Below are positions 28,029 through 42,687 of a stretch of DNA of 64,000 nt, piece by piece. A program made the translations under genes and the position numbers. Source of the DNA: the human T2T-CHM13v2.0 reference genome, Homo sapiens; NCBI RefSeq assembly GCF_009914755.1, contig NC_060928.1, one strand, 5' to 3'. Numbering within the stretch: the stretch's first letter is position 1; every line of letters begins with the position of its first letter. The notes under the pieces were generated by a model that saw nothing but the letters and a program-made list of their open reading frames with translations, was not told the DNA's origin and made no database searches.

Positions 28029-29639
28029 TTAGTATTGTAGCAAAAAAAAAATCATTACTATTCATCTTCCTTTCCATGTATTAATGATACAACTATTAAA
28101 ACAAATTAGGGAAAATGAAGCAAGGCAAAAACAACTTCAAAACTCTTTATGGTGCAGAACATCATGTAAGAGTTTATTGCATAATCATTAGCTAAGGGTT
28201 CACTGGTGGAATACAAACTACATACACAAAATATTAAGTTAATGCCACTTCATTTTAAATTTTTGACAAGACATAATTTTTTCAGAGTTATGTCTAAAGA
28301 TTTGCCTCATTTAAATTTGAACTAAATAACCATAAGTTAAATTTTACACGAGTGTTCAACATTACTTTTAAAGCCCATTGTTACAGTTCCTCATTTTGTA
28401 GCTGCTTGAATGAATTCCAGCAAAGCTATGTGAGTGCAAGTCATTATGTGAACAATTTCTTTAAGACAGAGTCTGAAACAATCAATGCAGTAACTAGAAC
28501 AAGTAACATGGAGTTTTGCCATCCATGCTTGCATAAATATTTGAGTGATGTCACTAGATATAATTCTACAAATTATAATGCTACTAAGTTTTGCATTAAT
28601 TGCTGTTCAATATGTTTGTATTAGCATATTGTATAGTTTTATGGGTTAACCCAAATGCTTTAAAAGTGATAGTAAATGCTTCCCGAGAAATAACGTGCTC
28701 ACTTGAAGGAAGGAAATGGTTCCTCAAAAAGCATCAATGACATTGATCATGTAAAAATTATTTTATATAAAAACATTTTATTCCAAAATCGGCCCAACAT
28801 ATGACAGAAATTCTTTTAATAATATATTTACATAACAAATATAATGACTAATTAAAATTCTCTGGCAAGGAATAAGTTTCATAATCCCTCTACCTGATAC
28901 AGGTACTCATTGGAAGGTAATGATGTACTTTTAAACTGAATGTTTTTAGGATTACAGTTATAATAAACACACACAATAGTACTGCCTTTTTTCATGCATA
29001 ACTTAACTTATTTTCATATCTCAACACTATACCAGTAATTTTATAAAATAAAAAAAACTTTCTGTTCAAAAATAATGCTAAATGCTTGAATTTATTTTTC
29101 AAGATGATCCTCCAAATATGTGTGTGTGTTATTGTAATGAGAAAAAGTAATTATATTCTATACCATTTCTGCAATTTGCTTCTTTCACTTAATTGAATAC
29201 TCCCGGAAAATTGCCTTGAATCTTTAAAAAAAAGTATATGAGAAATACATAAAAAAGAATTACATAAAAATTGTGAGAAATACATAATGTATAAGAACTA
29301 TATAATTCATAAATAAGTAAAATATCAGTTTAGAAGAAGACATATTTTGAAATTTTTTTCAAGATTTTAGTAAACGTCATGCTCTTTTCACCTAATGATA
29401 TTCTAATAATTATAATTCAAATATTGTGTTAATTTCAAAAAAATTACCAAATATATTTTGTACAATACAAAAATGAAATTATCACTTCTTTTGCTTTCTA
29501 AAATAATTTCTTTAAAAATAACTGTAGTCAAACATTGGTCATAAAATAATGCAAAAAAATAAAGAATTAGAAAATCATATAGCAGTATATTAAAACATAA
29601 CTCATCAAGAGAAAGAGGGTACTGTTATGGGAAGACAAG

Positions 29640-30899
29640 AAAGATGTATTTGATAGATTTGTCTTTTGGGGCTCATACTAGAGTTATGGGTGGATTTATA
29701 TACCACAAATACAGTAATAGAGTATTCTGGGTTCTTCCATGTACTTAATTTTACTAATGGGTTTTAAACCTCAAAAAGTTTTGTTTTGCACATTAGCATT
29801 TTTTTTCCTTCAGATTGGATAACTCTTTAGTATTTCTTGAGAGATGGATCTAGTGGTGGTGAATTCTCTAAGCTTAAACTTGTCTGGGAAAGATTTTATT
29901 TCTCCTTCAAATTTGAATGACAGTTTTGTTGGATACAATATTCCTGGGTTGCAGTATTTTTCTTAGAGCCTTTTGAAAATTTTATTCCACTCCCTCCTGA
30001 TATGCATAGTTTCCATTGTGAAGTCCTGTCGTCCAATGAATAAGAGTTCCTGTATATGTTATTTTTTCCTATCTTTCACTGCTTTGCTGCTTTTAGGATC
30101 TTCTCTTTGTCCTTGGCCTTTGAGAGTTTGATAATTAAGTGCCAGGGGGTAGTCATATTTGGCTTGAGTCTGCTTGGTATTCCAAAACCTTCCAGTATCA
30201 GAATATTTATGTCTTTCTCAAGTTTTGAAAGTCTTCTGTTATGATTTCCTTGAATGGGCTTTCTACTCTTTGTTCTTGCTCAACTCCCTCTTGAACACCC
30301 ATAATTCTTAGATTTGGTCTTTTGAAATAATTTTCCATATCCCATGGGTGGTCTTCATTCTTTTTTGTTCTTTTTTTTTTTTTTCTCCTCTGACTGTGTA
30401 TTTTCAAGAAACTGGTCTTCAAGCCCACTGATTCTTTCCTCTGCTTGAGTCATTCTGCTCTTAAGAGCATCTAAAGAGTTTTTCAGTTCAGCAAATATAT
30501 TTCTCAGTTCCCTGACTTCTGTTTGATTGCTGCTTATTATTTCAATCTTTTTGCTGAATTTCTCTGATATATTTCTGAATTGCTTTTCTGTGTTATTTTA
30601 GAAGTCACTGAGTTTCCTTAAAACTGCTGTTTTACATTGTTGGTCAGAGCTCACAAATCACCACGTCATAAGAGTCAGTCACTGCATTTTTGCTTTGTTC
30701 TTTGGAGAGATTATGGTTCCCTTTTCTTTTGTTGTTTATTGTGGGTATATGTCTATGTCTTTGCATTGAAAAATTAGTTATTTATTGGTTTTCTCTGTCC
30801 AGCTTGTTGTGGTTATTGTTGAATATATTTGTTTAGGGAATTTTCAGTGCTAGGTCACTGCCTGCCTTTTGGCTCTAGGTGGCACCTTAAACCTAGGCT
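29640..30899 (-). mobile_element. L1 (L1M/L1PB-age) ORF1 and 5' region; continues at 31590-31647 and 32405-~32900
   Basis: Track ORF 30207-30428 KKNEDHPWDMENYFKRPNLRIMGVQEGVEQEQRVESPFKEII is a clear L1 ORF1p homologue. Confidence 0.88.
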
Positions 30900-31589
30900 T
30901 ATTACTGGCAGCAAATTCATATGGGTCTGCAGCAACCTCAGTTCTTGCCTCCTCAGGAGAAATAATTCAACTGAGGGGCATAAGGCAGAAGAGGAGACTG
31001 AGGCAAGTTTTAGAGACTGAGGCAAGTTTTAGAGCAGGAGTAAAAGGAAGGAAAGCACAGTTAGAGGAGGGCCAAGCTGGTGAATTGAGAGATCAAATAT
31101 CCTGTTTGACCTTGGACTTGGGATTTTATATGTTGGCATACTTTCAGGGTGTTGGGTCCCTTCTCCCTGATTCTTTCTTTGGGGTGGGCTGTCCACATGT
31201 GCAGTGGCCTGCTAGCACTTGGGAGGGGAGCATGCAGAGTGTGTATACTGGAGTGGTACACATGTTCACTTGAGGTATTCTTTCCTTACCAGTTAAATGT
31301 CCCTGGAAGGTCATATATCAATTAAACTTCACCACTTCACCTCCTAATGCACATACTTGAGACGACTTGCCCAACTCCTGAGATATTATTGGGAAGCTGT
31401 GCGTCACCAGTTTCAGGTTCTTTCTACCGATTAGGAGACTGTTTTTACCTGGTGCTGTGACCAGTCACTATTTTAGAGAAACAGTTAACAACTCCCTGAC
31501 CATCACCTGATGATTGCCTGACATTCCTGGAGAGGGGCAGGGAGCCCTCCCTAGCACTGTTCTTGCTTAACTAGGTACCTACTGTAACA
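30900..31589 (-). mobile_element. ERV1 solo LTR, MER50-like
   Basis: Reverse strand begins TGTTACAGTAGGTACCTAG...CCAGGAATGTCAGGCAATCATCAGGTGATGGTCAGG; imperfect 4-bp TSD GGCT/GGTT. Confidence 0.8.
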
Positions 31590-31647
31590 GGTTCACTTCA
31601 GCTCTAGTAAATGGTCAGAGTGCCCCTGTTCCAAATGGCGGTGGCTC

Positions 31648-32404
31648 TGTAACCACCTAATTGCTTCATTTTGCCTGCTGCCCAGACAATGCTGATTTAT
31701 CAAGACGGGGATATTGCAATAGAGAAACAGTTTAATATACATAGAGCTAGCTAAACAGGAGACTGGGGTTTTATTATTACTCAAATAAGCCTCCCCAGAT
31801 ATTCAGAGGCTAGGATTTTTCAAGGATAGTCTGGGGGACTAAGAGCTAAGGGAATGGGTGCTGCTGCTTGGTAAGGATTGCAATCAGAGGTGTTTAATAA
31901 ATGGTCCTAGTTTGCTGAGTCTGCTTCTGGGTTGGGACCACTGGACCAGTTGAGCTAAGAGTCACGGGTCTGGGTGGGACCACCCAGTCATCATCAGGTC
32001 ATTAGAATTGCAAATGCCTGAAAGGGCATTTCAAAAAGTCATAGTTTCTATAATTGTTGGGTAATTGCAAATCTTGTGACCTCTAAAATAATGGCTGGCA
32101 ATTATTTAACTATACCTACATCTTAGCAGAATTCAGGCCACTTTCATCCTCCTAACCTGGTGGCCTTTCATTAGTTTTACAAAGGCAGGATAGTTTTTAG
32201 GAAAGGCAGATAGTTTATCATTACACTTTTATATAGTTTATCATTTTGAACTATTTACTAAATTTCTCCCAAAATTGGCTTCACCCATGCCCAGGAATGA
32301 CCAAGGGCAGTTTGGAAGTAAAAGGCAAGATGGGGCTAGTGAAATCATTTCTCTTTCCCTGCCATAACTCTCTTACTTTAATAATTTTTGCAAGGACGGT
32401 TTCA
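31648..32404 (-). mobile_element. ERV1 solo LTR, LTR8/LTR8A-like
   Basis: Reverse strand starts TGAAACCGTCCTTGCAAAAATTAT and ends GGCAGCAGGCAAAATGAAGCAATTAGGTGGTTACA. Confidence 0.82.
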
Positions 32405-32619
32405 GTCCTAAAAAGATTAACTCCCAGTGTAGGAAGGCTCGCTAAGAGTTTTTGCCCAGGGTACATGGTGAACATATCTCCTGCTGCCACTCTGATTTGA
32501 TGTCTCCTTTGGCTGAGTTACAGAATAGAGTTTCCAAGCTGAGTATGGTAGTTCCACTTGCTCCATTTGTCTCTCCCTGTCCTCAGGAATATTTCTCCCT
32601 GCAGGCAGTCTTGATTCTA

Positions 32620-32895
<276 letters not shown>

Positions 32896-33007
32896 TTACG
32901 CTGCCAACTACCTCAGGAAGATGTATTTTTTATGCACACATACTCTGGTTAAAGCAAACTCTGTAGAATGAAAATTGATGGGTGCATCTTTATTTGGAAT
33001 AGACATA

Positions 33008-33051
33008 CCACACCACACATACACACACACACACACACACAGACACACACA
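33008..33051. repeat. (CA)n microsatellite
   Basis: Directly visible. Confidence 0.9.
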
Positions 33052-33296
33052 TTTACCTTTAGTATGTATTTGTGTTGGTTGTCAGCCAGGACCCTTACCT
33101 ATGTTCAGTTGAAACCAACTCTAACATATTTAAAAAGGGAATTTTTCAGAAAGATATTTTATAGCCCAAAGATTAACAACGAACCTGAAATACTAGCTTT
33201 GGAAAGCTGACTTGAACCAAAGAAAGCTTGGAAATCATACCCTGCAATAAAAACAACTTGGTCAGGATACCGCCTCTGATAAAAATAATACAGCTG

Positions 33297-33620
33297 GGCT
33301 GACTGCGGTGGCTCATGCCTGTAATCCTAGCACTTTGAGAGGCCTAGGCAAGAGGATTGCTTGAGCCCAGGAGTTCAAGACCAGCCTGGGCAACATAGTG
33401 AGACTCTGTCTCTACAAAAAAAAAAAAAAAAAAAAATTAGCTGGGCATAGTGGTACATGCCTGTAGTCTCAGCTATGCAGGAAGCTGAGGTGGGAGGATA
33501 GCTTGAGCACAGGAGGTTGAGGCTGCAGTGAGCTTTCTTGATGCCATTGCACTCCAGCCTGTGCAACAGAGCAAGACTCTGTCTCAAAACTACAACAACA
33601 ATAACAGCAACAATAAAAAC
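33297..33620 (+). mobile_element. AluJ with long A-linker and (CAA)n tail
   Basis: GAGGATTGCTTGAGCCCAGGAGTTCAAGACCAGCCTGGGCAACATAG; TSD core ACAGCTG at 33290-33296 and 33621-33627. Confidence 0.93.
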
Positions 33621-33785
33621 ACAGCTGCTCCTAGGTTTCTCAATGTTTCATTGTAATTTCTAAACTTTTTGTGTTGATAATAAAATCCCAGAAAAAAATG
33701 AGTCCAATTCACTCAAATTATGAAATTATGTCATATAACTTTTCAATGGATAATGGATACTGGATGCAGAATAGTGTACATACTT

Positions 33786-33788
<3 letters not shown>

Positions 33789-33818
<30 letters not shown>
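33789..33818. repeat. (GT)n microsatellite
   Basis: Directly visible. Confidence 0.92.
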
Positions 33819-33820
<2 letters not shown>

Positions 33821-34375
33821 ATACTTAGCTTCTGCAGTAAAGTTGGAGACCAAGTCTCAGTAAATATATATTACACATGAATGAGATTTTCACTCAATTA
33901 TAATTTCTAACTTGTTATAATTATTTAAGATATCAATTATTTACTATTTATTTTATAATAAGCACTTTGCTCAGTTAGTTGATCCAGTTAGTTTAGTTAG
34001 TTTCTGGTTGACTCCTGAATTTTTTCAGGCATTCATTATATCGCCTGAACATAATGATAAACTTGGTCTCATCTTTTAAATTATATTCACATATTGGTAT
34101 TCTTTATTATTTTCTCTTTCCATGAATTAACCCCTCTGGAATGAAATTGCACAATTGGTGTGTGATATTTCATCACCTTGTAGAGGATTCATCAACTTTC
34201 TCATGGCCTGCCTGAAGTGAGATTGTTAGTTGAGTTTGCAGAATATCTTTTATATTTCAGTCAAAAGCCTACTCTGTTCTCTCAGAGATAGGAATTATGA
34301 GTGAAATATTGATGCCATCTTCATTCTGATTCCTTATAACTTAGATCTTTTCTTGACTCAATGCCTATTTGTTAT

Positions 34376-34920
34376 TGTAACCAAACACAAGTCCGACTGC
34401 TTTTCACACAGAAGCCAAACACAAGAATTGAGATGAGGTGAAAGGAAAGCAGTTTTATTAATCAAATTCTAGCAACCGGGAAATGGTCCCGCTCATGCCT
34501 CCAAAAGGCTCATGCCACCAATTTCTTATTTGAGGCTGGGTAAGAGTTTTAAGAAGGGAAACTTGGTATGAGAAACATGTGGGAATGAGGCAGGGTAGAA
34601 GGCCTATGTGTCTTGTTCCAATGGCTATCTTGCGCTATTATCTACCTTGAACACGGGTTAAAGGCATTTCAGCAATGGCCAGGTTGCAGTTTAACTACCT
34701 TGGGGTAATCTTTAGATGGGGAAAATTCCACAGTTGGGTCTCTGCACCTGCGTCATTTTAAGTTTAGCCCCCGAAGTTTTAAGCAAGAACATAATTAGAT
34801 AAACTAGCACAGGTCAAGGAGTGTGTCTGGTTGGGAAGGAGGGAAACAACAAGATTCAAAGTATATTTCAAGACTAAGACTAGACAGAACAAAAAAGTTT
34901 TAAAATGCACTTTGAAGCAT
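34376..34920 (-). mobile_element. ERV1-type solo LTR (MER31/MER67-like, tentative)
   Basis: Begins TGTAACC on the + strand, TTTATT (reverse poly(A) signal) at ~34454, MER4-group-like composition. Confidence 0.55.
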
Positions 34921-37900
34921 TGTAAAGCACTACATGCTCTCAGGTATTGTAGAAAAAAACTAAAATTGAATGGAAGAATGAATGTTAAATCTCATACAGG
35001 AAACACTGCATCACTAGACTGAAGCAATGGAAAACGTTTTATAAATTATTAACTTAACATGGGGCATCAGTTATGTATTCCCAATGTCACACATTTAATA
35101 TAGAGAATAAGAGGCTCACATCACCATTGCAAGTCTAGGGCAGTGAAGTTCAGGGAGCTGTACACAGGGATCTCTAGTGCAAGCAATCCTCACCATCTCA
35201 CACCAAAGGCATTGAACCTCAGTGAAGGCATCTTCCTCCAACTACCTCAGTTTGCAAGAAAAAGTGGATGGTTCTCAAAGGTTGTCTTGGAAAATACCTC
35301 TTACTTCTCACATCTAGCCATCATCCTGCAAATATGTCTAAAAATAAATCATCATGACTGCTTTTTTACCTTCTAATTTTGAAAGTGCCTTTGGAATCTA
35401 GGAATTGAAGCTGTTAATGTCTTCTCTATAAGGCAAAAGAAACTTTAGAATACATATTTTTGAGTATTTAAAAAAATGTTCATTCAGTATAACAGTCCTA
35501 CGAATAAGAAACTGATTACTTTGAGATAACGGAGGCATGGAACAATTCCAAACAAGACAATTTGGCTCCAAACTCTATGCCCTTCCAGTGCTAAGTATTT
35601 ACATAGCTAAGCATTTACATCACATACATATGTATTTGTTATCAACATTCCAGTCAAAATATACCCGATCAACTAAACATACCTAATTAGCTGCATTTTC
35701 AAGGTATAGATTTATTTCATTTTATTGGGCAAGCCTGACCATATGACAAGCAGAGGTAAAATTGGTAGCATTACAATCTTCTTCCTCAGTCTTTGACCTA
35801 CTGTACTAAAGCTAAGTTTAAAAGATTCCACAGTGTTATACGGTTAGCTCAGGCAAGCTCATTGGCTATGAAGGTAAATGTTGGTGTTAATCAATTGGTA
35901 AGATTTATTCAAAAGTACTCTAATATATGCATTACCTAATACCTTTAAATATTAGCCTAATTGATCAATGCATAGTCACGTAAAAAGATAGATAGCAGTT
36001 TGACATAAAGGCAGGTTCTATGGGCAACAGAAGAAACAAATGTCTATACCTGCAAGACTAGAATAATAAAAGAAGAGACATTTGAATGGAACATTGAGGA
36101 ACAAGATTTTAAGACAAATTCCTCCTGAATAGAGAGAGAATTCTGACATATTTCTAGAGATGTTGGTATTAAGACAAACCAAACCAAGAATTTAGTGTAA
36201 ATAATTAGGACATTTGAGTGATGGGGTAATATTTAATTCATTTTAACATTTCATATTCTGTTCAGAGATTTAAGTAGTATAACAATTTCATTTACCTAAA
36301 AGTACACTGTTGCCAAAATGTCTTTCTAACCTCGTGGGGTTTGACCAGCCAGCTTATAAGAGCAATTTGAAAATCATGCCACTGATTAACTAAGCTTCCT
36401 GGAAATTTCAAAATATGTTAAGAGTCAGCTGATTTGTCAGTTCCATACGGTTACTCTCAGAATGAGATCACAGGGTTATTTTATTGTGAAGATGGAGAGC
36501 AGTAAGGAGTTCACAGTGTATTTAACTCACATCAGTTATTCCTGTTACACTTCTCATTTACATTGATAAAATGTAAGTTTTGAAAACATTAAATATTTAT
36601 TTTTCATTAGTTTGTGTCTCAGATATGCTGTAAAGATCAATACTGTATATTTTAATACATGCCAATGTACTAAGTTGCAGAAATATTTAAAACTGATTTC
36701 GGATGAAGTCAGTCTGTCTGCTTTGCATAGATAAAAATTGTGTCTAAAATTACATTACTTTGTAGCTCTGGGTTTCACAACAAATTAAGTATGATCAATC
36801 CTTTCATTGTGAGACTTTTACAAAATATATTTCTATACCTTCTATCCTAAACACTAGGGAGCCACAGATTTGGGGACACCTAAGAAGCACCCTTTCTATT
36901 TTTCTCTCTCCCAATCCTGTTCAGATCCTATAATAAGGTTGCAAAAATACAAGAAAAATGTTTGGGAATAATGGTTCCAGAGCAAAACGGCCCTGGCTGT
37001 ATTCCGTGGGACACTCCTGTACAGAGTGATACTAATACATATTTCAGGAAAAGCAAGCCCTGGGGTCAAAAATGTGAGTAATTTTGCATATTACTCTTTC
37101 TTGGAAATTCACAATTCATATATGCCCAGTAAATGTTCTGAGAAATCTTGATTGAGAACAATTGTTTAAAGTTTATTTAATTTTCATAACACAAACTTGA
37201 TTAGCAAAGCCTCTTGTTGTATTGTACTATATATATCATCTCTATTTTATCCAAGGATAATATTTCCTTGAATATATTTCTTGAAGTCTTAATAAGACTT
37301 GCGTAGACAAATAGCTACTGACTAGATAAACAGATTGGGCTGGTTAGAAGGAAATTCTCTTTATCATTAAATACCTAGACACAGTGGCTTCTACGGTCTG
37401 CATGAGCAAATTACTGGGTTGGGTATATGTATCTATTTATTATTTAGATAATTAGCTAATTAATTAATTGTTAATAGAATCAATAGTGCATTTTGATACC
37501 TTCACTGGTGTTGACAAGTTTTAAGCATAAGTTTTCTGGAAAATGTTTTGCCACTATAAGGAGAGAGTGTGACTGAAAGTAATCAACACATAAAGGCGAA
37601 ATGCTGGGAGTCAGAAAGGAATATCCCAGAAACCTATTTGAAATTGAAGGTGCCTGAATTTCAGGTATACCTGAAGCTAGGTCTTACCTAGACTTTTCTA
37701 AACATCACTGTTAAATCTGTCAGTCCCCTCTGTTGGTTTTTGTTTTTGTGTTTTGCTTTAGTTAGCTTGAGTTGAGGTTTTGTCACCTAGGCAATCAAAG
37801 TAACTTTGAAAAACACAACAGAGAAATGTTATTAAGTAACCTTTTTTTTAAATTCCATGACTTCCCATTACTCAAAAAAATGTTTATTTTTGAGAACGTT

Positions 37901-37938
37901 TGAATATTTATGTACACATACACAAACGTATATAGGAT

Positions 37939-37940
<2 letters not shown>

Positions 37941-37973
<33 letters not shown>

Positions 37974-37980
37974 CACACAC
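37941..37980. repeat. (CA)n microsatellite
   Basis: Directly visible. Confidence 0.92.
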
Positions 37981-39449
37981 GTATTTTTTCTGGAAGATTG
38001 TCTTGATGGTATGTTTTCTAGGCCTTAGCTATTGCAGTGTTATGATTGAATGACAGCTGGTGGCCTTTGTTTTTGTTGTTCTTTTTTTGAATTACAGTAT
38101 TTTCTCTTCTGTATTCAACAGAGACTACTTCATTATCTCCTCAAATTTCATATCACAGTTAAATCTGAGGCTAGACTGTTTCATTTATCTTGTAAGTAAT
38201 TTTTTATTAATAAACCTTTAGAAGTATTTCTTTGTCTCTTCAATTTGAAATTTATCAAGTTTACTTATTGCTATGTAGATTAGATACATTATGTTATCTC
38301 ATTATTCACCACATTTAACTTTTCAGTTATGCAAATGATAAGATACAGAAAAAATATTATTGAGTGGATGGGATTTAAGGGAGTAAGGATCACATTAAAT
38401 CTTGCTTAAATAATTATCTAAAAGTTTGATAATTGTAAGTAGTCAATAATATTGGATTTTGATTAGATGTAAGTGCAAGTCCAGTTATGAGTATCTATAA
38501 AATGGCATAAACTTTGTTATAATAAAGAGCACTTAACCACATTTCTTTTTTGTTATTTTTTTAAATGTTACTTTTTTCTAATATACTATGAAGCTGGTGG
38601 ATTCTTAAGATTTCTGGTCAGCATTATTTGTGATTTGCCTGAGAACATGGAATAATATATTTCTTCTCTGTGTACACAGTAAATCAGAGCCTACTTAATT
38701 TAAAAAAATAGTTGTGCCTAATGAATGCCACAGTCTGGGCCAGGCTCTCTGTATATAAAATAAACATAGTTTCTGCTTGTCTCATAGATCTTACAGTTTG
38801 GTAAGGATTAAAAATGCTTTATAAGGAAATAAATTTATAATTAAAAAGGTGAAAAGATGCATAAAGAAATACACAAGATGCTGCAGATTTGCTCAACATA
38901 GTCAAAAATCTAATTAAAGAAATGTACAGGATGCTGTAGAAAACAATAGCAGAGTCAACAATCTAATTACACAGTAAGTCAGTTTCTTCCAAAAAGTGAC
39001 ATTTAAGCCCATAGGCAGATAAGGAGCAAGGCATGTGAAGAAAGGGCACCTGAGCAAAAAGGGTAACTTTTGCTCTAGGACTGGGGCAAGGAAAAACTTA
39101 GCGTAGTCAAGTACAAAAAAGATCAACAGAATGTCTGCAGCCCAATTTTCAAGGTGCAGAAAGTCTGAAGACAGTGTGGCAGAGCTCACCAGGAAACACA
39201 ATTTTCAGGCATTTGTAGAATGTACAAGTTATCCGTGTACATAAATGGTAGAATCTGACATATGGATCAAAATGCTGACATTTTATTTGTGAATTGCAAG
39301 CCCTCTGAGTTGCAAGGCTGAAGAATAAACAGAAGTGAACAAACGGGGAAAATTAAATGCAATAATTTATAGTGTTGGCCCCTGTTTCTCAGAGAGCTCA
39401 GAGGAGCACAGTATGTTTTTCTCAGAGACAGAAACTCTTTCAGGAGGCC

Positions 39450-39714
<265 letters not shown>

Positions 39715-40239
39715 GTCAGGAGAGTTTTAAGAAAGAAACAAAACATGGCATCGTTTTGGAGAAAGAAAACAGTGGGGTGGAGGGGGTCATCAGTATGAAG
39801 CCTTTCCATTTTCTGTTTTTCATTAGTCAAAGTTACCACTGTGAAGAAAGGACATCCCTCTACTTTCAGGTTGTGTCATTGTGCTCTGAAATTCTCATGG
39901 TTTACTGTTTCATCTAAGTTCAGAAGTGAAGGGATGGTAATAAAATGGCAGAAAAATGCATAATAGCAAAGAGAGAGAGAGATGTAATTGAAGGACTCTG
40001 AAGAGGCACACAGTTTTGTACCTGATATACTGTGATGAAAATGTAAATCTGATCACGTCACAACAATTTTTCAGTGTTATTCAGTATATTCCTATTGCAT
40101 TGAGCATAAATTCCAAAATTTTTCCTTCTTTTTGCCTTTCTCTAGAAAAAGAATTTTAGTTGTTGAAAGTAGCACACATGAATCTGCATGATTTCAATGA
40201 ATGAGACTTAAAATTTTAACAGGTATTGAACATAAAATG

Positions 40240-40450
40240 ATAGTTGGCCATGAGCTAAGCAGTCTACATATATTATCTCATTTAATCTTCACAACATTTG
40301 AGTGTGCATTATTATTCATATTTTCTAGAAACTGACACACAAGAATATTAAGTAACTTTCCCAAGAGAGTTTTAATTATGTAGCATTGCCAGGGTATAAA
40401 TTAAAGCATTCTGAGCCAAGAATTAAAATTCTTTCTTACTGTGTTGTATT
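40240..40450 (-). mobile_element. MIR fragment
   Basis: CATATATTATCTCATTTAATCTTCACAACA...TAAGTAACTTTCCCAAG. Confidence 0.7.
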
Positions 40451-41494
40451 GTCCTGTGTGTCATTTCATAGTTCTAGCTACAACATTTTTCTATGTATTT
40501 TGCCCAGTTGGTCTAGATCTAACTCATCTAGACTGTGGTACAGAGCATCTCATTGTAATGGAATAATTTATGGAAAGGAGAACAGCTGTGTGAAGATAAA
40601 GGGCTCAGTAATGAATAAGCCAGGTGCAGAGACAGACTGGAGAGGTGGAAGGTTAATATAAAATATTGGGACATTAGCATAAATATTAGAAAAAATACTT
40701 CGAGGGAAAACATGTCAATGAAAGTACTCTCAGACTAAGCAGGAGGAGGGTACATGGAACAGAGTTTGAATGCATGAACAGAGTGTTTCAGTGAAAACTG
40801 AGTGGTGGTCAGATTAGGTGTAAAGTAGTATAAAGTGAACGATACTACAGGCATGAAAGTGTACCTGAAAGTTGATCAATTTACTTTGAAACATCTCTGG
40901 AGTCACAGAAAAAAAAAAAAAAAACTTGCTAAAAACTAAAAAAAAAAAAAACTTTCTAGAAACTATTTTAGAAAGATAGGCAAAATATTTCAGGAGACCC
41001 TTCTGAATTGTTTTCTCTTATTCAAAACATTAATATTGTGGAACACGGAGTCTAGCATAATCAGGGAGAATTCAATGTCTTTAATTGTTTAAGATACATA
41101 GGATTCTCATTGAGAAGAGGGCTACTATCTATTTATATTTAATTTTGACTCTAATTATATTGCCTTTAATGTTTTTTAAAAAGGTGACCTGTAATCTAAA
41201 TTACCAGTTTCAACCAAATGTTGTCAAAATTCTCTGATAATATTGGCATAAGATACCTTCATTACATTCATTTTAAAGTATCCACCTGTGAGGAAGCCAA
41301 TTTTCCTCCCTTAAATAAGTACACCATGATCAATTAAGAATGCGCTTATTAAAAAGAAACAAACTAATAAAATGAAATGGGAATTTTTCCAACATAATGA
41401 AGATAAAAATGCTAAAATTAATTAAGTGGTTATATGTGAATTAAAAAGGTTATAAAAAGCAGTAGCAAATGGACTTCTAAGGTCTCAGGTTTGT

Positions 41495-41740
41495 GTAAGT
41501 CAAAAGCATGGACTTTGGAGTATAACAGAATTATGGAATTTAGGTCCCATCACTCAACAGATGTAGAATCTTAAATGAGTGGCTTAGTCACTGTTATTCA
41601 ATTTTACCATTTCATTTATTATTAATAGTACTACTACTGATAATAATAATAACACTAATTACACCTTCCTCATGAACTTTTTTTGAGATTTAGATGAGAA
41701 AGTATATAATCAAATAAAGTATTCATTAAATAAATATTCT
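41495..41740 (+). mobile_element. MIR fragment
   Basis: AAAGCATGGACTTTGGAGT...GAGATTTAGATGAGA. Confidence 0.6.
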
Positions 41741-42687
41741 TTTCCCTTTATCTGGCATCCAAACTGAATTTCTCAGTGCTAATTCGTTTTGATATTTTGA
41801 AGAGGTTTTTGTTGTGATGAACTCAACAGACAGACTGCAATAGTTAAAGAAAATGTCAGTCTCCTATGAAAAAATGTTATACATATAATATTTTAAGTTA
41901 TATGATTTGAAAAGCAAAACAGAAAATATTTGTCATATTTATAGTATAGATAGGGAGTGAGTTTGAGGATAAAGCACTTTATGAAGCCTAGGTAATTTTA
42001 CACTGATTATCATAACTTAGTGAGAAGAACTTTTGATTTATTATACCTGTCTCCCTAAGTAAGATAAAATGTTTGAACAAAAAGTAATTTTCATCTTCAA
42101 GCCTTGAACTGGGTTTGGGGGAAAACAGCCAGTTAGAGATCAGCCTCTTGTGATGTAAGGAGCTGTGGGGAAAAGGATCAGTTAACAGAATTCTTCATAT
42201 TTTGCTAGAGGAGTGCTGGTGATTTTATAGAAGTGGTGCAAGGGCAAGTTCTGTAGAAGGTCTTAACTCTTGCCATAGACTGTATTGAACAACAAATCTA
42301 TTTATTTAAATCGAGATCATACCTTATTACTTTGGATCTTCTTGGGGGAAAAATAAAAACAATTTATGTCTATGACGCAATAAAGCATAACTATTACAAC
42401 ATCCACAGAAGTCAAATCCATCCTGAAGGAAAGGATAGATGGCTAGTCTATAAAATATATTTTTATGAAATAATGGGTGAAGGAGAAACAGGTACAGATA
42501 ATTCATGCCATTCACTTATCTGATCACCTTAAGATAAATGAAATTCCAATTCTTTATGTTTAAATGTCTGCCATGAAGACTTAACTGATACATCTTATAG
42601 GACTGAGAATATTTTTATATGATGTAAGCTAGTCTGCAAAGATAGTCTGGGAGAGACATTTTTCAAATAAACAATCAAATTTATGTC

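Noticed and set aside
30869-31273. 134-aa ORF
   Set aside because: Spans an L1/LTR junction antisense to the LTR, has a non-ATG start and no recognisable domain.
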